Shown here one piece after another: positions 9,701 to 18,308 of a DNA stretch of 64,000 nucleotides. Source of the stretch: Parachlamydiales bacterium (lineage in GTDB: Bacteria; Chlamydiota; Chlamydiia; Chlamydiales; SM23-39). The notes beneath the pieces were generated by a model. It was given only the letters and a program-made list of their open reading frames with translations. It was not told where the DNA came from and ran no database searches. Made by a program: the position numbers and the translations under genes. The stretch spans positions 132,288 to 196,287 of the forward strand of contig JBNLAH010000005.1 of assembly GCA_050302075.1 (NCBI GenBank). The letters are read 5' to 3'. How positions within the stretch are numbered: position 1 is the first letter of the stretch; each line of letters begins with the position of its first letter.

Positions 9701-10461
9701 AAAAAATTGAAGAGCTTGCATATTGTAAACTGTCTGAAGAGCAAGAAGATTTGTATAATATGCATTTAAGAAAAAAACGAAATGAGTTGATTGATATTTT
9801 AAAAAAGGAAGAAGATCCTATTCCTTACATGCATATTTTTGCTTTATTCACCAAACTAAAGCAAATTTGTGATCATCCTGCCTTGTTTCATAAGGATTCC
9901 TCGAATTATCAGAAATACCAAAGCGGCAAATGGGAGCTTTTTGTAGAGCTTTTACAAGAAGCTAAAGAGAGCAATCAGAAAGTGGTAATATTTTCCCAAT
10001 ACTTAGAAATGATAGAGATCATTGAAAAGTATCTTAGGAAAAAAAATATTAATTATGGAGTTATTAAAGGATCCACTAAAAATCGTTATCAGCAAATTCA
10101 AAAGTTTCAAACTGATCCTAATTGTCAAGTATTTGTGGCTTCACTTTTAGCAGCTGGTGTGGGAATTGACTTAACTGCAGGATCTGTAGTTATTCATTAT
10201 GACAGATGGTGGAATCCAGCCAAGGAAAATCAGGCTACTGACAGAGTGCATCGAATCGGTCAAAATAGGGGCGTACAAGTCTTTAAGCTGATTACAAAGG
10301 GCACAATAGAAGAACATATTCATAAGCTAATTGAAAAAAAGCACGGGTTAATGGAGGAGCTTATTGGCCAAGATGAAAGTGATCAAATCAAAAGGCTTAC
10401 TAGAGATGAACTATTAGAAGTCTTAGAGCAAACAAAAGGAAGCTACTTAGATCAAACCTGA
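6742..10461 (+). CDS. SWIM zinc-finger / SNF2-family helicase (chlamydial SWI/SNF helicase paralogue 1)
   Basis: N-terminal SWIM CxC..CxH motif (CSCYTSEEKGECVHLAAAYF). C-terminal SNF2 motifs: [10 protein letters not shown] (I), FDEIQVAKN (II), LTGTPIEN (III), [11 protein letters not shown] (VI). Confidence 0.9.
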   Translation: MSIPSFAIKYNDLARKLISEKNVKDIIFSDGSYQVGVYDNVEKMLFWPFIQLDDKANVRDAFCSCYTSEEKGECVHLAAAYFVIFKDSKEPLANRYYRSFFHQLCLLSCIRIGPDPDSLKKITDDTFLYTSKTNKQLFRVYLEDKKSKKKFKEIIQPETLSNETTSLKYSQITEEELKLWKEGKASKDITYELSFWSDLGKWIYFLQEQGYHYQVNFKMLDSIPPREVEIKFQGLFEIFFYISESSLKYVIPSLKTIVSPIKVIEQTQQRISEIVFHEKEKAFEIISKPFEEKLEKKGYSIGEWEYIKNVGFYKKSLDPLAEKKWIKQEEISFYLSEYLQTFQEKLKKYDIYPHGIEPSYHLFFDEKGNLHIQMYIFDLKICFEEETFLSCPWLFLKDKGFYLLKDPMFFNIETVVKKNEISDFIHKHRLWLHQFEGFHTHYGVLPTQFFYKLTSDRELEFLLRIDLPQSPDKFVDLDDWLYVEGHGFYLKKDSIGTFPIRSGLKISKDDVSEFIESHVTELESVNGFFASNTPIEDAKLKIYTENDQIVVDPIIHFKSGYDASKVIFFGKYVYVENEGFSKIPIQKNIFERFWKRTIIPEDKILYFLNYELDYLRQSIDSLDKSLNKPARLHLKIKSLKKEIKRSKISWLVDLSYKSDLGEVSVVKLWEYIQEKRKFAYTNAGFLSLIDHRYNWISQINKRKINLNKKYIRLNTLEFIRLCIYEKIKPPRGASKEAKAAREFIQNIFSIETDKTIDLSYLKSTLWPYQEMGVKWLWFLYSYGLSGLLCDDMGLGKTHQAMALLSAVLFVDSDRTNKYLVICPTSVIYHWENLFKKYLPEIRVLTYYGVERSLDNFEDSYDLILTSYGTLRASMENLKKYNFEVSIFDEIQVAKNPSSQTHRSLKALKSSVVIGLTGTPIENSLRELKALFDLILPSYMPSDSVFRDLFLNPIEKNEDKEKKELLSKLINPFVLRRKKVDVLTDLPEKIEELAYCKLSEEQEDLYNMHLRKKRNELIDILKKEEDPIPYMHIFALFTKLKQICDHPALFHKDSSNYQKYQSGKWELFVELLQEAKESNQKVVIFSQYLEMIEIIEKYLRKKNINYGVIKGSTKNRYQQIQKFQTDPNCQVFVASLLAAGVGIDLTAGSVVIHYDRWWNPAKENQATDRVHRIGQNRGVQVFKLITKGTIEEHIHKLIEKKHGLMEELIGQDESDQIKRLTRDELLEVLEQTKGSYLDQT

Positions 10462-10517
10462 TTAAAACTTATCTTTCAACCTTGCTTACTTTTAATTAAA
10501 AATGTTAACGAGAAGTT

Positions 10518-11591
10518 ATGGAAGAGAAAAAAGACATTGTTTTAATTACCGGTTGTACAGGCACAATTGGATTCCGCTGTGCTGAAAAATTAACCTCTGA
10601 GTACCAAATAATAGGCGTTGATGTTTTTTTGGTGGGTCATTTACCTGGTATTGATTTAGTGGGTATTGATTTAGCTTCAGAAAAAAACATAGAAGAACAT
10701 TTGGATCTAATTCAGGAAAGATTTGGAAACAAGATAGTATCTGTAGTTCATTTGGCCGCATACTATAGTTTTACAAAAGGAGGATGGAAAAAATATCAGC
10801 AGATTACGATAGACGGTACCAAAAATCTTATTGAGGGACTATTAAAACGATTTGAGGTAGGTCAGTTTATTTTTTCTAGCTCTATGTTAGTTCATGCTCC
10901 TTGTGAAAAAGGAGAGAAAATTAATGAACTATCTCCAATTGAACCTAAATGGAATTATCCAAAGTCTAAAGTGATAACTGAAGATATAGTTCGAGATCTC
11001 AAGGGAAAAATTCCATATGTCATTCTTAGAATAGCTGGAGTATATGATGATGAGTGTCACTCTATTCCATTAGCTCAACAGACCCAAAGAATTTATGAAA
11101 ATAAATTAGAAGCTCATTTATTTCCTGGTGATTTGACGCATGGAGCCGCTTTTGTTCATCTAGAAGATGTAGTTGAAGCTATATATTTAAGCATTAAAAA
11201 AAGAAAAGAGTTGCCTGAGGAATTAGTTCTATTGATTGGAGAGCCGAACACTTTAAGTTACGGAAAGCTGCAAGAGGCAATTTCCAAAGAAATTTTCAAC
11301 AAGAAATGGAAGACTTACCAAATCCCTAAACCTCTAGCAATAATAGGAGCTTGGATAAAACAGCATATGCCATTTATGAAGAAGGGATTTATCCAACCTT
11401 GGATGATCCCAATGGCTGATGATAACTATGAGTTAGATATATCCCAAGCTGAAAAATATTTAGGATGGCATCCAAAAAAAACTCTTAAAGATACTATTCC
11501 AAAATGGATCGATTTATTAAAAAGAGAGCCTCTTGTTTGGTATGACATAAATAAGCTTCACTTCTCAGGAAAGGTAAAAGAACGTGATTGA
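10518..11591 (+). CDS. NAD(P)-dependent epimerase/dehydratase family (extended SDR) protein
   Basis: ITGCTGTIGFRCAEKL glycine-rich NAD motif and a YPKSK catalytic Yxx(x)K. Length is 357 aa. Confidence 0.75.
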   Translation: MEEKKDIVLITGCTGTIGFRCAEKLTSEYQIIGVDVFLVGHLPGIDLVGIDLASEKNIEEHLDLIQERFGNKIVSVVHLAAYYSFTKGGWKKYQQITIDGTKNLIEGLLKRFEVGQFIFSSSMLVHAPCEKGEKINELSPIEPKWNYPKSKVITEDIVRDLKGKIPYVILRIAGVYDDECHSIPLAQQTQRIYENKLEAHLFPGDLTHGAAFVHLEDVVEAIYLSIKKRKELPEELVLLIGEPNTLSYGKLQEAISKEIFNKKWKTYQIPKPLAIIGAWIKQHMPFMKKGFIQPWMIPMADDNYELDISQAEKYLGWHPKKTLKDTIPKWIDLLKREPLVWYDINKLHFSGKVKERD

Positions 11592-12450
11592 CCGAAAAAG
11601 AAGAGAGTTTTCTTTTGTCCTTTTAGCAATTGGCCTTTGGTTGATTGCAACTCCAATTACATATAATTTTTATCAAATAGCTTTTTATAATGACCTGATT
11701 TGTGGCGCTTTACTAGTATTATTTGGATTGATAGCTTTGGTAAATCTTACTTCAATTTATTTTATCCCTTTTTTATTGATTGGTCTTTGGTTACATTTTG
11801 CTCCACTTCTTTTTTGGTACCCAAAAAGCATTAATTATCTTAACGATACTCTTATGGGGACAGTTGTTTCAATTATTGCTTTTGGCTTTCTTCAAAAAAG
11901 TGAACAACAAAAAGAAGAATATTCACCATCATCTTGGACTCATAGAGTTCCAACTATTTTCATAGCACTTATCTGCTGGTTATTAGCTAGATATTTAGAT
12001 GCCTATCAATTAGGGTATATTGACAAAGTATGGGATCCTTTTTTTAAAAGTGGAACAGAAAAGGTACTTACATCAAGTGTGTCCAAAGCATTTCCTATTC
12101 CGGATGCAGGTCTTGGAGCTTATGCATATTTTCTAGAGGCCTTACTTGCTTGGCAAGGTGGAGAAGATAGGTGGAAAAACATGCCATGGGTAGTCTTATT
12201 ATTTGGAATTTTAGCGTTTCCTGTTGGGATAACTAGTATAGTTCTTATCATTCTACAGCCGCTTGTTGTCGGTTCTTGGTGTTTCATATGTCTTTTAATA
12301 GCATTTCTAATGCTTATGATAGTTCTTCTTTCTATTAAAGAAGTCATTGCTGTTTTTAGATGCATTAAGGTGCAGGTTGTGCAAAAAAAATCTATCTGGA
12401 AGTTTATTGTTTTTGGTGATGCCACAATGGAACTTCCAAATATTAAGTAA
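11584..12450 (+). CDS. Polytopic membrane protein with a VKOR-like C-terminal domain (CxxC in TM helix) and SPW-like N-terminal repeats
   Basis: The GTG start overlaps the epimerase stop by 8 nt. About 7 hydrophobic helices. VLTSSVSKAFPIPDAGLGAYAYF resembles the VKOR loop/TM2, and SWCFICLLIAF is a redox-type CxxC inside a helix. GLWLIATP and GLWLHFAP resemble SPW repeats. Confidence 0.4.
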   Translation: MIDRKRREFSFVLLAIGLWLIATPITYNFYQIAFYNDLICGALLVLFGLIALVNLTSIYFIPFLLIGLWLHFAPLLFWYPKSINYLNDTLMGTVVSIIAFGFLQKSEQQKEEYSPSSWTHRVPTIFIALICWLLARYLDAYQLGYIDKVWDPFFKSGTEKVLTSSVSKAFPIPDAGLGAYAYFLEALLAWQGGEDRWKNMPWVVLLFGILAFPVGITSIVLIILQPLVVGSWCFICLLIAFLMLMIVLLSIKEVIAVFRCIKVQVVQKKSIWKFIVFGDATMELPNIK

Positions 12451-12522
12451 TACAGCTTAACCTATAGAAACAGGATTATTTATATAATGATAAGCTCATA
12501 AGACTTTTGATTTTAAAGAAAC

Positions 12523-12873
12523 TTAAGAAAGAAATTCTCTTAAAAGTTTAATCTCCGATTTAGGAATTATCTTATTTGCTTTGATTGTATCATTATAAGG
12601 AATCCTCTTTGAAGCTTCGGTTATTTTATATTCAAGAGAATCTTTAAGAACTAAAATTCTTTGATAAGAGCGGTTGTTCATAATACTATTCATATCGCTA
12701 TAAGTAACTTTTAATGAAGAAAAGTCGCTGATCATATTTGTGATCATAGTATCAATGGTATTTATTGTAGTCTTTTTTTTTGAATCAAGAATGTCTAACA
12801 CTTCCTTTAATTTTAATCTTAACACCTCTACTTGTCTCGTGACGGAGTTGTTATGTTGAGCTTCAGATATCAT
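12523..12873 (-). CDS. Hypothetical protein (116 aa)
   Basis: Isolated ORF with AT-rich flanks. No motif recognised. Confidence 0.4.
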   Translation of the reverse strand: MISEAQHNNSVTRQVEVLRLKLKEVLDILDSKKKTTINTIDTMITNMISDFSSLKVTYSDMNSIMNNRSYQRILVLKDSLEYKITEASKRIPYNDTIKANKIIPKSEIKLLREFLS

Positions 12874-13090
12874 ATTTTTTCCTTTGTAAATGTAGTTAAA
12901 AATTTTTTTATATATCTAAAATTAAATAAAAACAATTATTAAATGATTAAGTGTTCTAAGTGATTGTTTAGTAGTAACTAATGCGTTGCAATTTTTTGAT
13001 ACATATAGTTATGAACTTATTCATAAGATTGATCTTTAATTGCTTTTCATGTTATTTTTTATTAGTTTTCTTTGGGGTATCTCTAAAAAA

Positions 13091-14398
13091 ATGAAAATTG
13101 CACTTGTCGGAAGACCTAATGTAGGCAAATCAGCTCTATTTAACCGGATCTGTCAGAAACGAATTTCTATTGTGGAAGATGTTGAAGGGGTAACTCGTGA
13201 TCGAATTTATGCTAAAGCTGAGATAAATAATAAAGAATTTGAATTGATCGACACAGGAGGAATCTCGTTTGAGAAGAACATGCCTTTTATCGATCAGATT
13301 AGGATGCAGGCTGAGATTGCCATTGAAGAGGCTGATGGTATTATCATGGTCGTAGACTTAAAGGCTAATGCTCAACTTTTAGATAAAGAGATAGCCAAAA
13401 TACTTTTAGCTACTAAGAAACCTGTCATCTTAGCTATCAATAAAGCCGATGATCAAACTGTTAAATACGATCTTTTTAGCTTTTATGAGTTAGGAATAGA
13501 GAATTTATTAGCTGTCTCCGCCATACATGGACACAATGTTTTTGATTTGATTGCAAAAATGTTTGAACTAGTTCCTTTTGAAGCTGATGAAAAAGAAGAA
13601 GAGAAAAGTGTAAATGTAGCTGTTATCGGTCGAGCAAATGTTGGTAAATCCACATTATTAAATGCAATGCTCGGTAGTGAAAGATGTATTGTATCTCCAA
13701 TAGCCGGAACAACAAGAGATGCTGTTGATGTTTTATTAGAGCATAATAAAGAAAATTTTCTATTTATTGATACAGCTGGCATTAGACGAAAACATAAAGA
13801 AAAAGAAACAATTGAAAAATTCTCATCTCTTCGAACACAAAATGCACTAAAAAGAGCGGATATCTGTATACTTGTTCTAGATGTAAATGAGGGGATGACA
13901 ACCCAGGAAAAGAGAATTCTAAAAGAAATTGAAACTCTGGGCAAAGGATGTATTATTTTTATTAATAAATGGGATTGCATTAAAGGGCACCGCATGGAGC
14001 ACTGCATTTTATCTATTAAAAATGAATACTCACCTGCTAAAAATTTTCCAATCATTGTTGGCTCTGCAAAAGAAAAACGAAATATTGATAAAGTGTTTCA
14101 AAGTCTTTTAGATCTAAAACTACAAATCCAAAGAAAAATCTCAACTCCTGAGTTAAACCGATTTATTGAAAAGAGCATGCAAAGAACCCATCCACCAATG
14201 ATAAAAGGAAAAAGACTTAGAGTCTTTTATATGGTTCAGAAGACAACTCATCCAAAAAAGTTCATTTTATTTGTTAACTATCCCAATTTAATGACAAAAG
14301 CCTATAAGCAATATCTAATAAATTCCTTAAAAGATACTTTTTCGCTCATCGGCTGTCCAATTGAGTTTACTTTAAGAGCTAGAATGTTGCATAAGTAG
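13091..14398 (+). CDS. der: Ribosome-associated GTPase Der/EngA (two tandem GTPase domains plus a KH-like domain)
   Basis: Two G1 motifs (GRPNVGKSALFN, GRANVGKSTLLN), two DTGG/DTAG motifs, two NKAD/NKWD motifs. I prefer the start at MKIALVG (13091), not the upstream TTG at 13040. Confidence 0.92.
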   Translation: MKIALVGRPNVGKSALFNRICQKRISIVEDVEGVTRDRIYAKAEINNKEFELIDTGGISFEKNMPFIDQIRMQAEIAIEEADGIIMVVDLKANAQLLDKEIAKILLATKKPVILAINKADDQTVKYDLFSFYELGIENLLAVSAIHGHNVFDLIAKMFELVPFEADEKEEEKSVNVAVIGRANVGKSTLLNAMLGSERCIVSPIAGTTRDAVDVLLEHNKENFLFIDTAGIRRKHKEKETIEKFSSLRTQNALKRADICILVLDVNEGMTTQEKRILKEIETLGKGCIIFINKWDCIKGHRMEHCILSIKNEYSPAKNFPIIVGSAKEKRNIDKVFQSLLDLKLQIQRKISTPELNRFIEKSMQRTHPPMIKGKRLRVFYMVQKTTHPKKFILFVNYPNLMTKAYKQYLINSLKDTFSLIGCPIEFTLRARMLHK

Positions 14399-14433
14399 CT
14401 TTTTATCTTTCTTCGGCATATAAATGTTATATT

Positions 14434-16179
14434 ATGAAGAAAAAAGAAGAGACGCTTTCTTTGCTCCCTTTTGTCAAAGAAATTAAGCGTTACCATTTAT
14501 CTACTTTCCGATCTGATTTATATGCTGCATTTGCAGTCGCATTGCTTGCTATTCCTCAGTCAATTGCGTATTCATTACTAGCTGGACTTCCACCAATAGC
14601 TGGTTTTTATTCAGCCATTTTTGGAACAATTTTTGCGTCTACTTTTGGCTCTTCAAGACATCTTATATCAGGGCCTACAACAGGGGTCGCAATCCTAATT
14701 CAAACAACTATTTTTGATACTCTACAAAACTACTTCCCGGATGCCGTAGGGGCTGAAAGGCAGCAGCTGGTTATTTTAATTTTAACACATATTGTGTTCA
14801 TTATTGCAGCGGTTCAAATTTTTAGCGCATTTTTTAATGTAGGTAAGCTGCTACAGTTTGTATCAAGGTCGGTAGTGCTTGGGTATTTTGCTGGGATAAC
14901 GTTAGCTATTTTAGCAAACCAGCTATATTATTTTGCTGGAGTTGAATTAGGTAAAGAAGAACTGTTAATTTTTCGCTTGGCATATTTTTTTACAAATCTA
15001 AAAGCGATTAAAGTCGGGTCAATAATTGTTGGGCTTGTAACACTTTTCCTTTTGATTTTTGTGAAAAAGAAGTTGCCTAAGTATCCAGATGCATTAATTG
15101 CTTTAGTTGTAGGTAGCATTGTTGCAGTATTAATAAACAATTATTTTACTAAAGAGTTCAGCGTTAAGACGTTTGCAAGTACAACGGATTCTCAGTCACC
15201 TAGCTTGCTAGTTAGTTTTCCTATTTTGCAGCTCAAAATTTTTAAAGAGGTTTTTTTCTCTTCTGTTGCAGTTGCTTTTGTTGCTATTTTGGAGGTTTTT
15301 TCAGTTTCTAGGAATTTAGCAGCTAAGAGCGGACAAAATGTTCGCTCCAACCAGGAAGTTTTTGGTCTTGGGATCAGCAACTTTATCCTTTCCTTTTTTC
15401 TATATGTAATCCCAGCATCTGGGAGTGCTTCGAGGAGTGTCCTAAATTATGAGAGTGGGGCTAAGACAAGGTTCTCTGCAGTGTTAAGTGGAGTTTTGAT
15501 TGCAATTTTGATCTTAGTTTTTTGGCCCTTAATTCGAGTGATTCCATTTGCATCGCTTGCCGCTATTTTACTTTTCACATCAATCAAACTGATTAACTAT
15601 GAGAGTGTGAAATTATGCTTTAGAGCGTCGAGGGGAGATGCGATTGTATACATTTTGACAATGGCATCATGTCTGGTATTCAACTTGGACATTGCTTTTT
15701 TTGTAGGAATTGTTATTTCGATTATTTTTTATCTTAAGCGCTCCGCTGAGCCTCACCAAGTTGAGTATGCTTTTGATTCAGCTGGTCGGCTTGCTGTTGT
15801 CAGCCCTGATGAAAAAAAACGAAGAAAAGTTAGGATTATTGGAGTATCTGGAGAGCTATTTTTTGGGACTGTAGACCTCTTTCAAAATACAATGCGGACA
15901 ATTGCAAAAGATCAGCATGTTAAAGTGATTGTTCTCCGGTTAACTGGAGTTTATCATGTCGATGCTTCTATGTGTCTGGCCATATTGATGGTGTATGATT
16001 ATTTGAAGACAACAAAAAGGTATCTTGTTATCAGCGGTATTACCCAAGAGGTATGGGCTGTTTTTTCCAAAACTAGCCTCATCAAAAAAATTGGAGTTGA
16101 AAATTTATTTTTATCTGATGAAGCCTCTCCGCAATTATCAACTTGGAAAGCCTGCTTAAGAGCGCAAGACTTACTTTAA
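14434..16179 (+). CDS. SulP-family anion (sulfate/bicarbonate) transporter with C-terminal STAS domain
   Basis: About 11-12 TM helices, SulP-like AIPQSIAYSLLAGLPP, and a C-terminal STAS-like region (RIIGVSGELFFGT...VIVLRLTGVYHVDASM). Confidence 0.85.
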   Translation: MKKKEETLSLLPFVKEIKRYHLSTFRSDLYAAFAVALLAIPQSIAYSLLAGLPPIAGFYSAIFGTIFASTFGSSRHLISGPTTGVAILIQTTIFDTLQNYFPDAVGAERQQLVILILTHIVFIIAAVQIFSAFFNVGKLLQFVSRSVVLGYFAGITLAILANQLYYFAGVELGKEELLIFRLAYFFTNLKAIKVGSIIVGLVTLFLLIFVKKKLPKYPDALIALVVGSIVAVLINNYFTKEFSVKTFASTTDSQSPSLLVSFPILQLKIFKEVFFSSVAVAFVAILEVFSVSRNLAAKSGQNVRSNQEVFGLGISNFILSFFLYVIPASGSASRSVLNYESGAKTRFSAVLSGVLIAILILVFWPLIRVIPFASLAAILLFTSIKLINYESVKLCFRASRGDAIVYILTMASCLVFNLDIAFFVGIVISIIFYLKRSAEPHQVEYAFDSAGRLAVVSPDEKKRRKVRIIGVSGELFFGTVDLFQNTMRTIAKDQHVKVIVLRLTGVYHVDASMCLAILMVYDYLKTTKRYLVISGITQEVWAVFSKTSLIKKIGVENLFLSDEASPQLSTWKACLRAQDLL

Positions 16180-16253
16180 AAAATCATTTTTTCTATTAGA
16201 TTTAAATTTAATCAAAAATATAAGCTGCTAAAAAATTTTGATCAGCAGCTAGG

Positions 16254-17627
16254 ATGGCAATAAACTCGCTCACAAAATACCCAGCAGGTGGAGTTAGAGA
16301 GCTTTTATCTCTTTCAGTACCAATATTCTTCTCAATTATTTCCTCTAATTTGATGCTTTTTTGTGATCGTTACTTTCTTTCTCAATTTTCACTAGAAGCA
16401 TTCAATGCGATCGGAGTTACCAGTTACTTAGTTCTTTTGTTTCAGCTTACATGTATTAGGTTTACTTCGATTAATCAGATTTTTATTGGAAGGTGTTTAG
16501 GAGATAATACGGTTCATAATATTGGGCCTTATACTTGGCAGATGATCTGGGGTTCTTTACTTACATTTTTTATAATAACCCCTATAGGTATAGCGGCATC
16601 TGAGCTTTACTTTACAAACATTGAAAATGGAAGCTTAGGGAAAACTTATTTTCTGATTATGCTATTTGGGAATTTTCTTTTTCCGCTAGGCGCTGCTTTG
16701 GCTGCTTTTCAACTAGGTCTTGGGAAGACTAAAATTTTATCAATAGTTGCCCTTATTTCAAATTTTTTAAACATTGTACTAGACTACTACTTGATTAATG
16801 GAATATCAAATCTTTTAGATCCTATGGGAATTAAAGGGGCGGCAATTGCAACTTTAATCTCTCAAGGAATTTACTGTTTCATTTTGTTTCTTCTATTTAT
16901 TAATCACCCACTTAAAAATAATTATAAGACAAGAGATTTTTATTTTCGCCCTGCTCTTTTCAAGGAAAGCTCTTTAGTAGGTTTTAATGGTGCATTTTCT
17001 AAGGTTGTGGGTTTTTCTGCTTGGACTATTTCCATGAACATAGCAGCAAGTAAAGGGGCTGATTATATAACCCTTATTTCATTCGGATCGACAGTTTGTA
17101 TATTACTTTCTATTATTATTGAACCTATATTAAATGGTGGGACTATACTTTTTAGTTATTTCTTGGGTCAGAATAATTGGGAATGTATTTGGAAAAGCTT
17201 TAGATCAGGAGTTATTCTTATAATAATGGCGTTTGGATTGCTGACCATTCCTTTTGTCATATATAACCGTTTATTAATAGATGCCATAATTGGCACAAGT
17301 ATCAATAAAACTACTTTTGAATTTCTTCGTTTGGGTTGCTATTGGCTCTGGGTTTATTTTCTAATACATGGGAATAGTTTTCTTTCTTTGCACCTTATCT
17401 TAGCTATGAAAGAAGTTTTCTTTTTGTTTAAGGTAGTTATTCCACTCTCTTTTTTCTCAACATATCTGCCTTTTTATTTATCATTTAAAATTTGGAATCT
17501 AAATCCGGATAAAATTTGGGTAGTTCCGTGGGTAAATTTTGTAGCTAGTGGTTTAATTTACTTTCTTAAAATCTTTAGATCATATAAAAAATCTCAAAAA
17601 ATTATCTTTCAGGAAAATTCTATTTGA
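16254..17627 (+). CDS. MATE/MOP-superfamily efflux transporter
   Basis: 457 aa with 12 predicted TM helices. The N-terminal LLSLSVPIFFSIISSNLMLFCDRYFLS pattern is typical of MATE proteins. Confidence 0.7.
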   Translation: MAINSLTKYPAGGVRELLSLSVPIFFSIISSNLMLFCDRYFLSQFSLEAFNAIGVTSYLVLLFQLTCIRFTSINQIFIGRCLGDNTVHNIGPYTWQMIWGSLLTFFIITPIGIAASELYFTNIENGSLGKTYFLIMLFGNFLFPLGAALAAFQLGLGKTKILSIVALISNFLNIVLDYYLINGISNLLDPMGIKGAAIATLISQGIYCFILFLLFINHPLKNNYKTRDFYFRPALFKESSLVGFNGAFSKVVGFSAWTISMNIAASKGADYITLISFGSTVCILLSIIIEPILNGGTILFSYFLGQNNWECIWKSFRSGVILIIMAFGLLTIPFVIYNRLLIDAIIGTSINKTTFEFLRLGCYWLWVYFLIHGNSFLSLHLILAMKEVFFLFKVVIPLSFFSTYLPFYLSFKIWNLNPDKIWVVPWVNFVASGLIYFLKIFRSYKKSQKIIFQENSI

Positions 17628-17681
17628 AATTTTTTTGAGATAAATTCAAGATACTGACTTTCCAATAAAATGGAGTCTATT

Positions 17682-18230
17682 ATGAAAAATACTTTAGTTA
17701 AGACACTAATAATAGCAGCATTACTTTTATGCTCTAACCTAAGAGCAAAAGCAAATAGTTGCATGGCCACATTAAAAAAGGTCAAGATGCAAAAAAGCTT
17801 TTACATAAGCAAAAGTAACTACAACCATCAGCTTGCTCGAATGTATGGTTTGCAAAATAGAGAGAATTTAAAGGCCTATCATGTAGGTTCTAAATTTTTT
17901 GACCCTTCACATAAAGTTCCGACAGTAGAAAATCTTGCGGATAGCATTAAGTCTCATCCATATTTTATAGGCAGCTTTGCAAATGAGCCTAGCTACGATG
18001 AATACATCAGCCTCAAAGCTAAAGTAAAGCATCCGTTCTTTATTTTAGAAACACGTCAAAATGAAAGAAGTGATTTTTATATGGTGCACTCAAAAGGAGT
18101 TCGTCATTTTTCAATTAAATCCTTAAATAAAATTGATAAAAATAGCATGGCTAGTATAGATAACTCAGTTGTTATAGATTATCCTGATTTATTATCTTTT
18201 ATTAAGTGCACTCTTAACATTCCATGTTAA
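17682..18230 (+). CDS. Secreted hypothetical protein (signal peptide)
   Basis: MKNTLVKTLIIAALLLCSNLRAKA signal peptide. GGAG lies 8 nt upstream of ATG 17682. No family recognised. Confidence 0.55.
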   Translation: MKNTLVKTLIIAALLLCSNLRAKANSCMATLKKVKMQKSFYISKSNYNHQLARMYGLQNRENLKAYHVGSKFFDPSHKVPTVENLADSIKSHPYFIGSFANEPSYDEYISLKAKVKHPFFILETRQNERSDFYMVHSKGVRHFSIKSLNKIDKNSMASIDNSVVIDYPDLLSFIKCTLNIPC

Positions 18231-18248
18231 CGAGAAAATAAAAACTTT

Positions 18249-18289
18249 AAAGAGACTTTATTTAAATTTTTAAATAAAGTCTCTTTTTT
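18249..18289. terminator. Bidirectional intrinsic terminator between convergent genes
   Basis: Perfect 15-bp inverted repeat AAAGAGACTTTATTT / AAATAAAGTCTCTTT, followed by a T-run. Confidence 0.7.
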
Positions 18290-18308
18290 CTTAGAAAACA
18301 TAAGTCTA

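Noticed and set aside
12874-13090. Possible promoter TTGCAA...TATAGT upstream of der.
   Set aside because: The spacer lengths obtainable (12-14 nt) do not fit a sigma70-type promoter. The region is simply AT-rich.
13483-14055. 190-aa ORF antisense to der. Many other antisense or alternative-frame ORFs fall in the same class: 713-895, 5578-5775, 10546-10761, 11780-11965, 12120-12425, 14928-15380, 20161-20791, 22971-26538, 27336-28577, 30731-31249, 31610-32398, 32697-32984, 36790-37420, 44546-44755, 45373-46185, 47136-49610, 50865-51047, 51794-52090, 55284-55478, 56749-57412, 58004-58204, 59111-59311, 60537-60749, 61502-61699.
   Set aside because: Each lies inside a gene on the other strand or frame that has strong family motifs. 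Their translations are low-complexity (Ser/Phe/Leu/Ile-rich), as expected for shadow ORFs in AT-rich DNA, and they lack RBSs.
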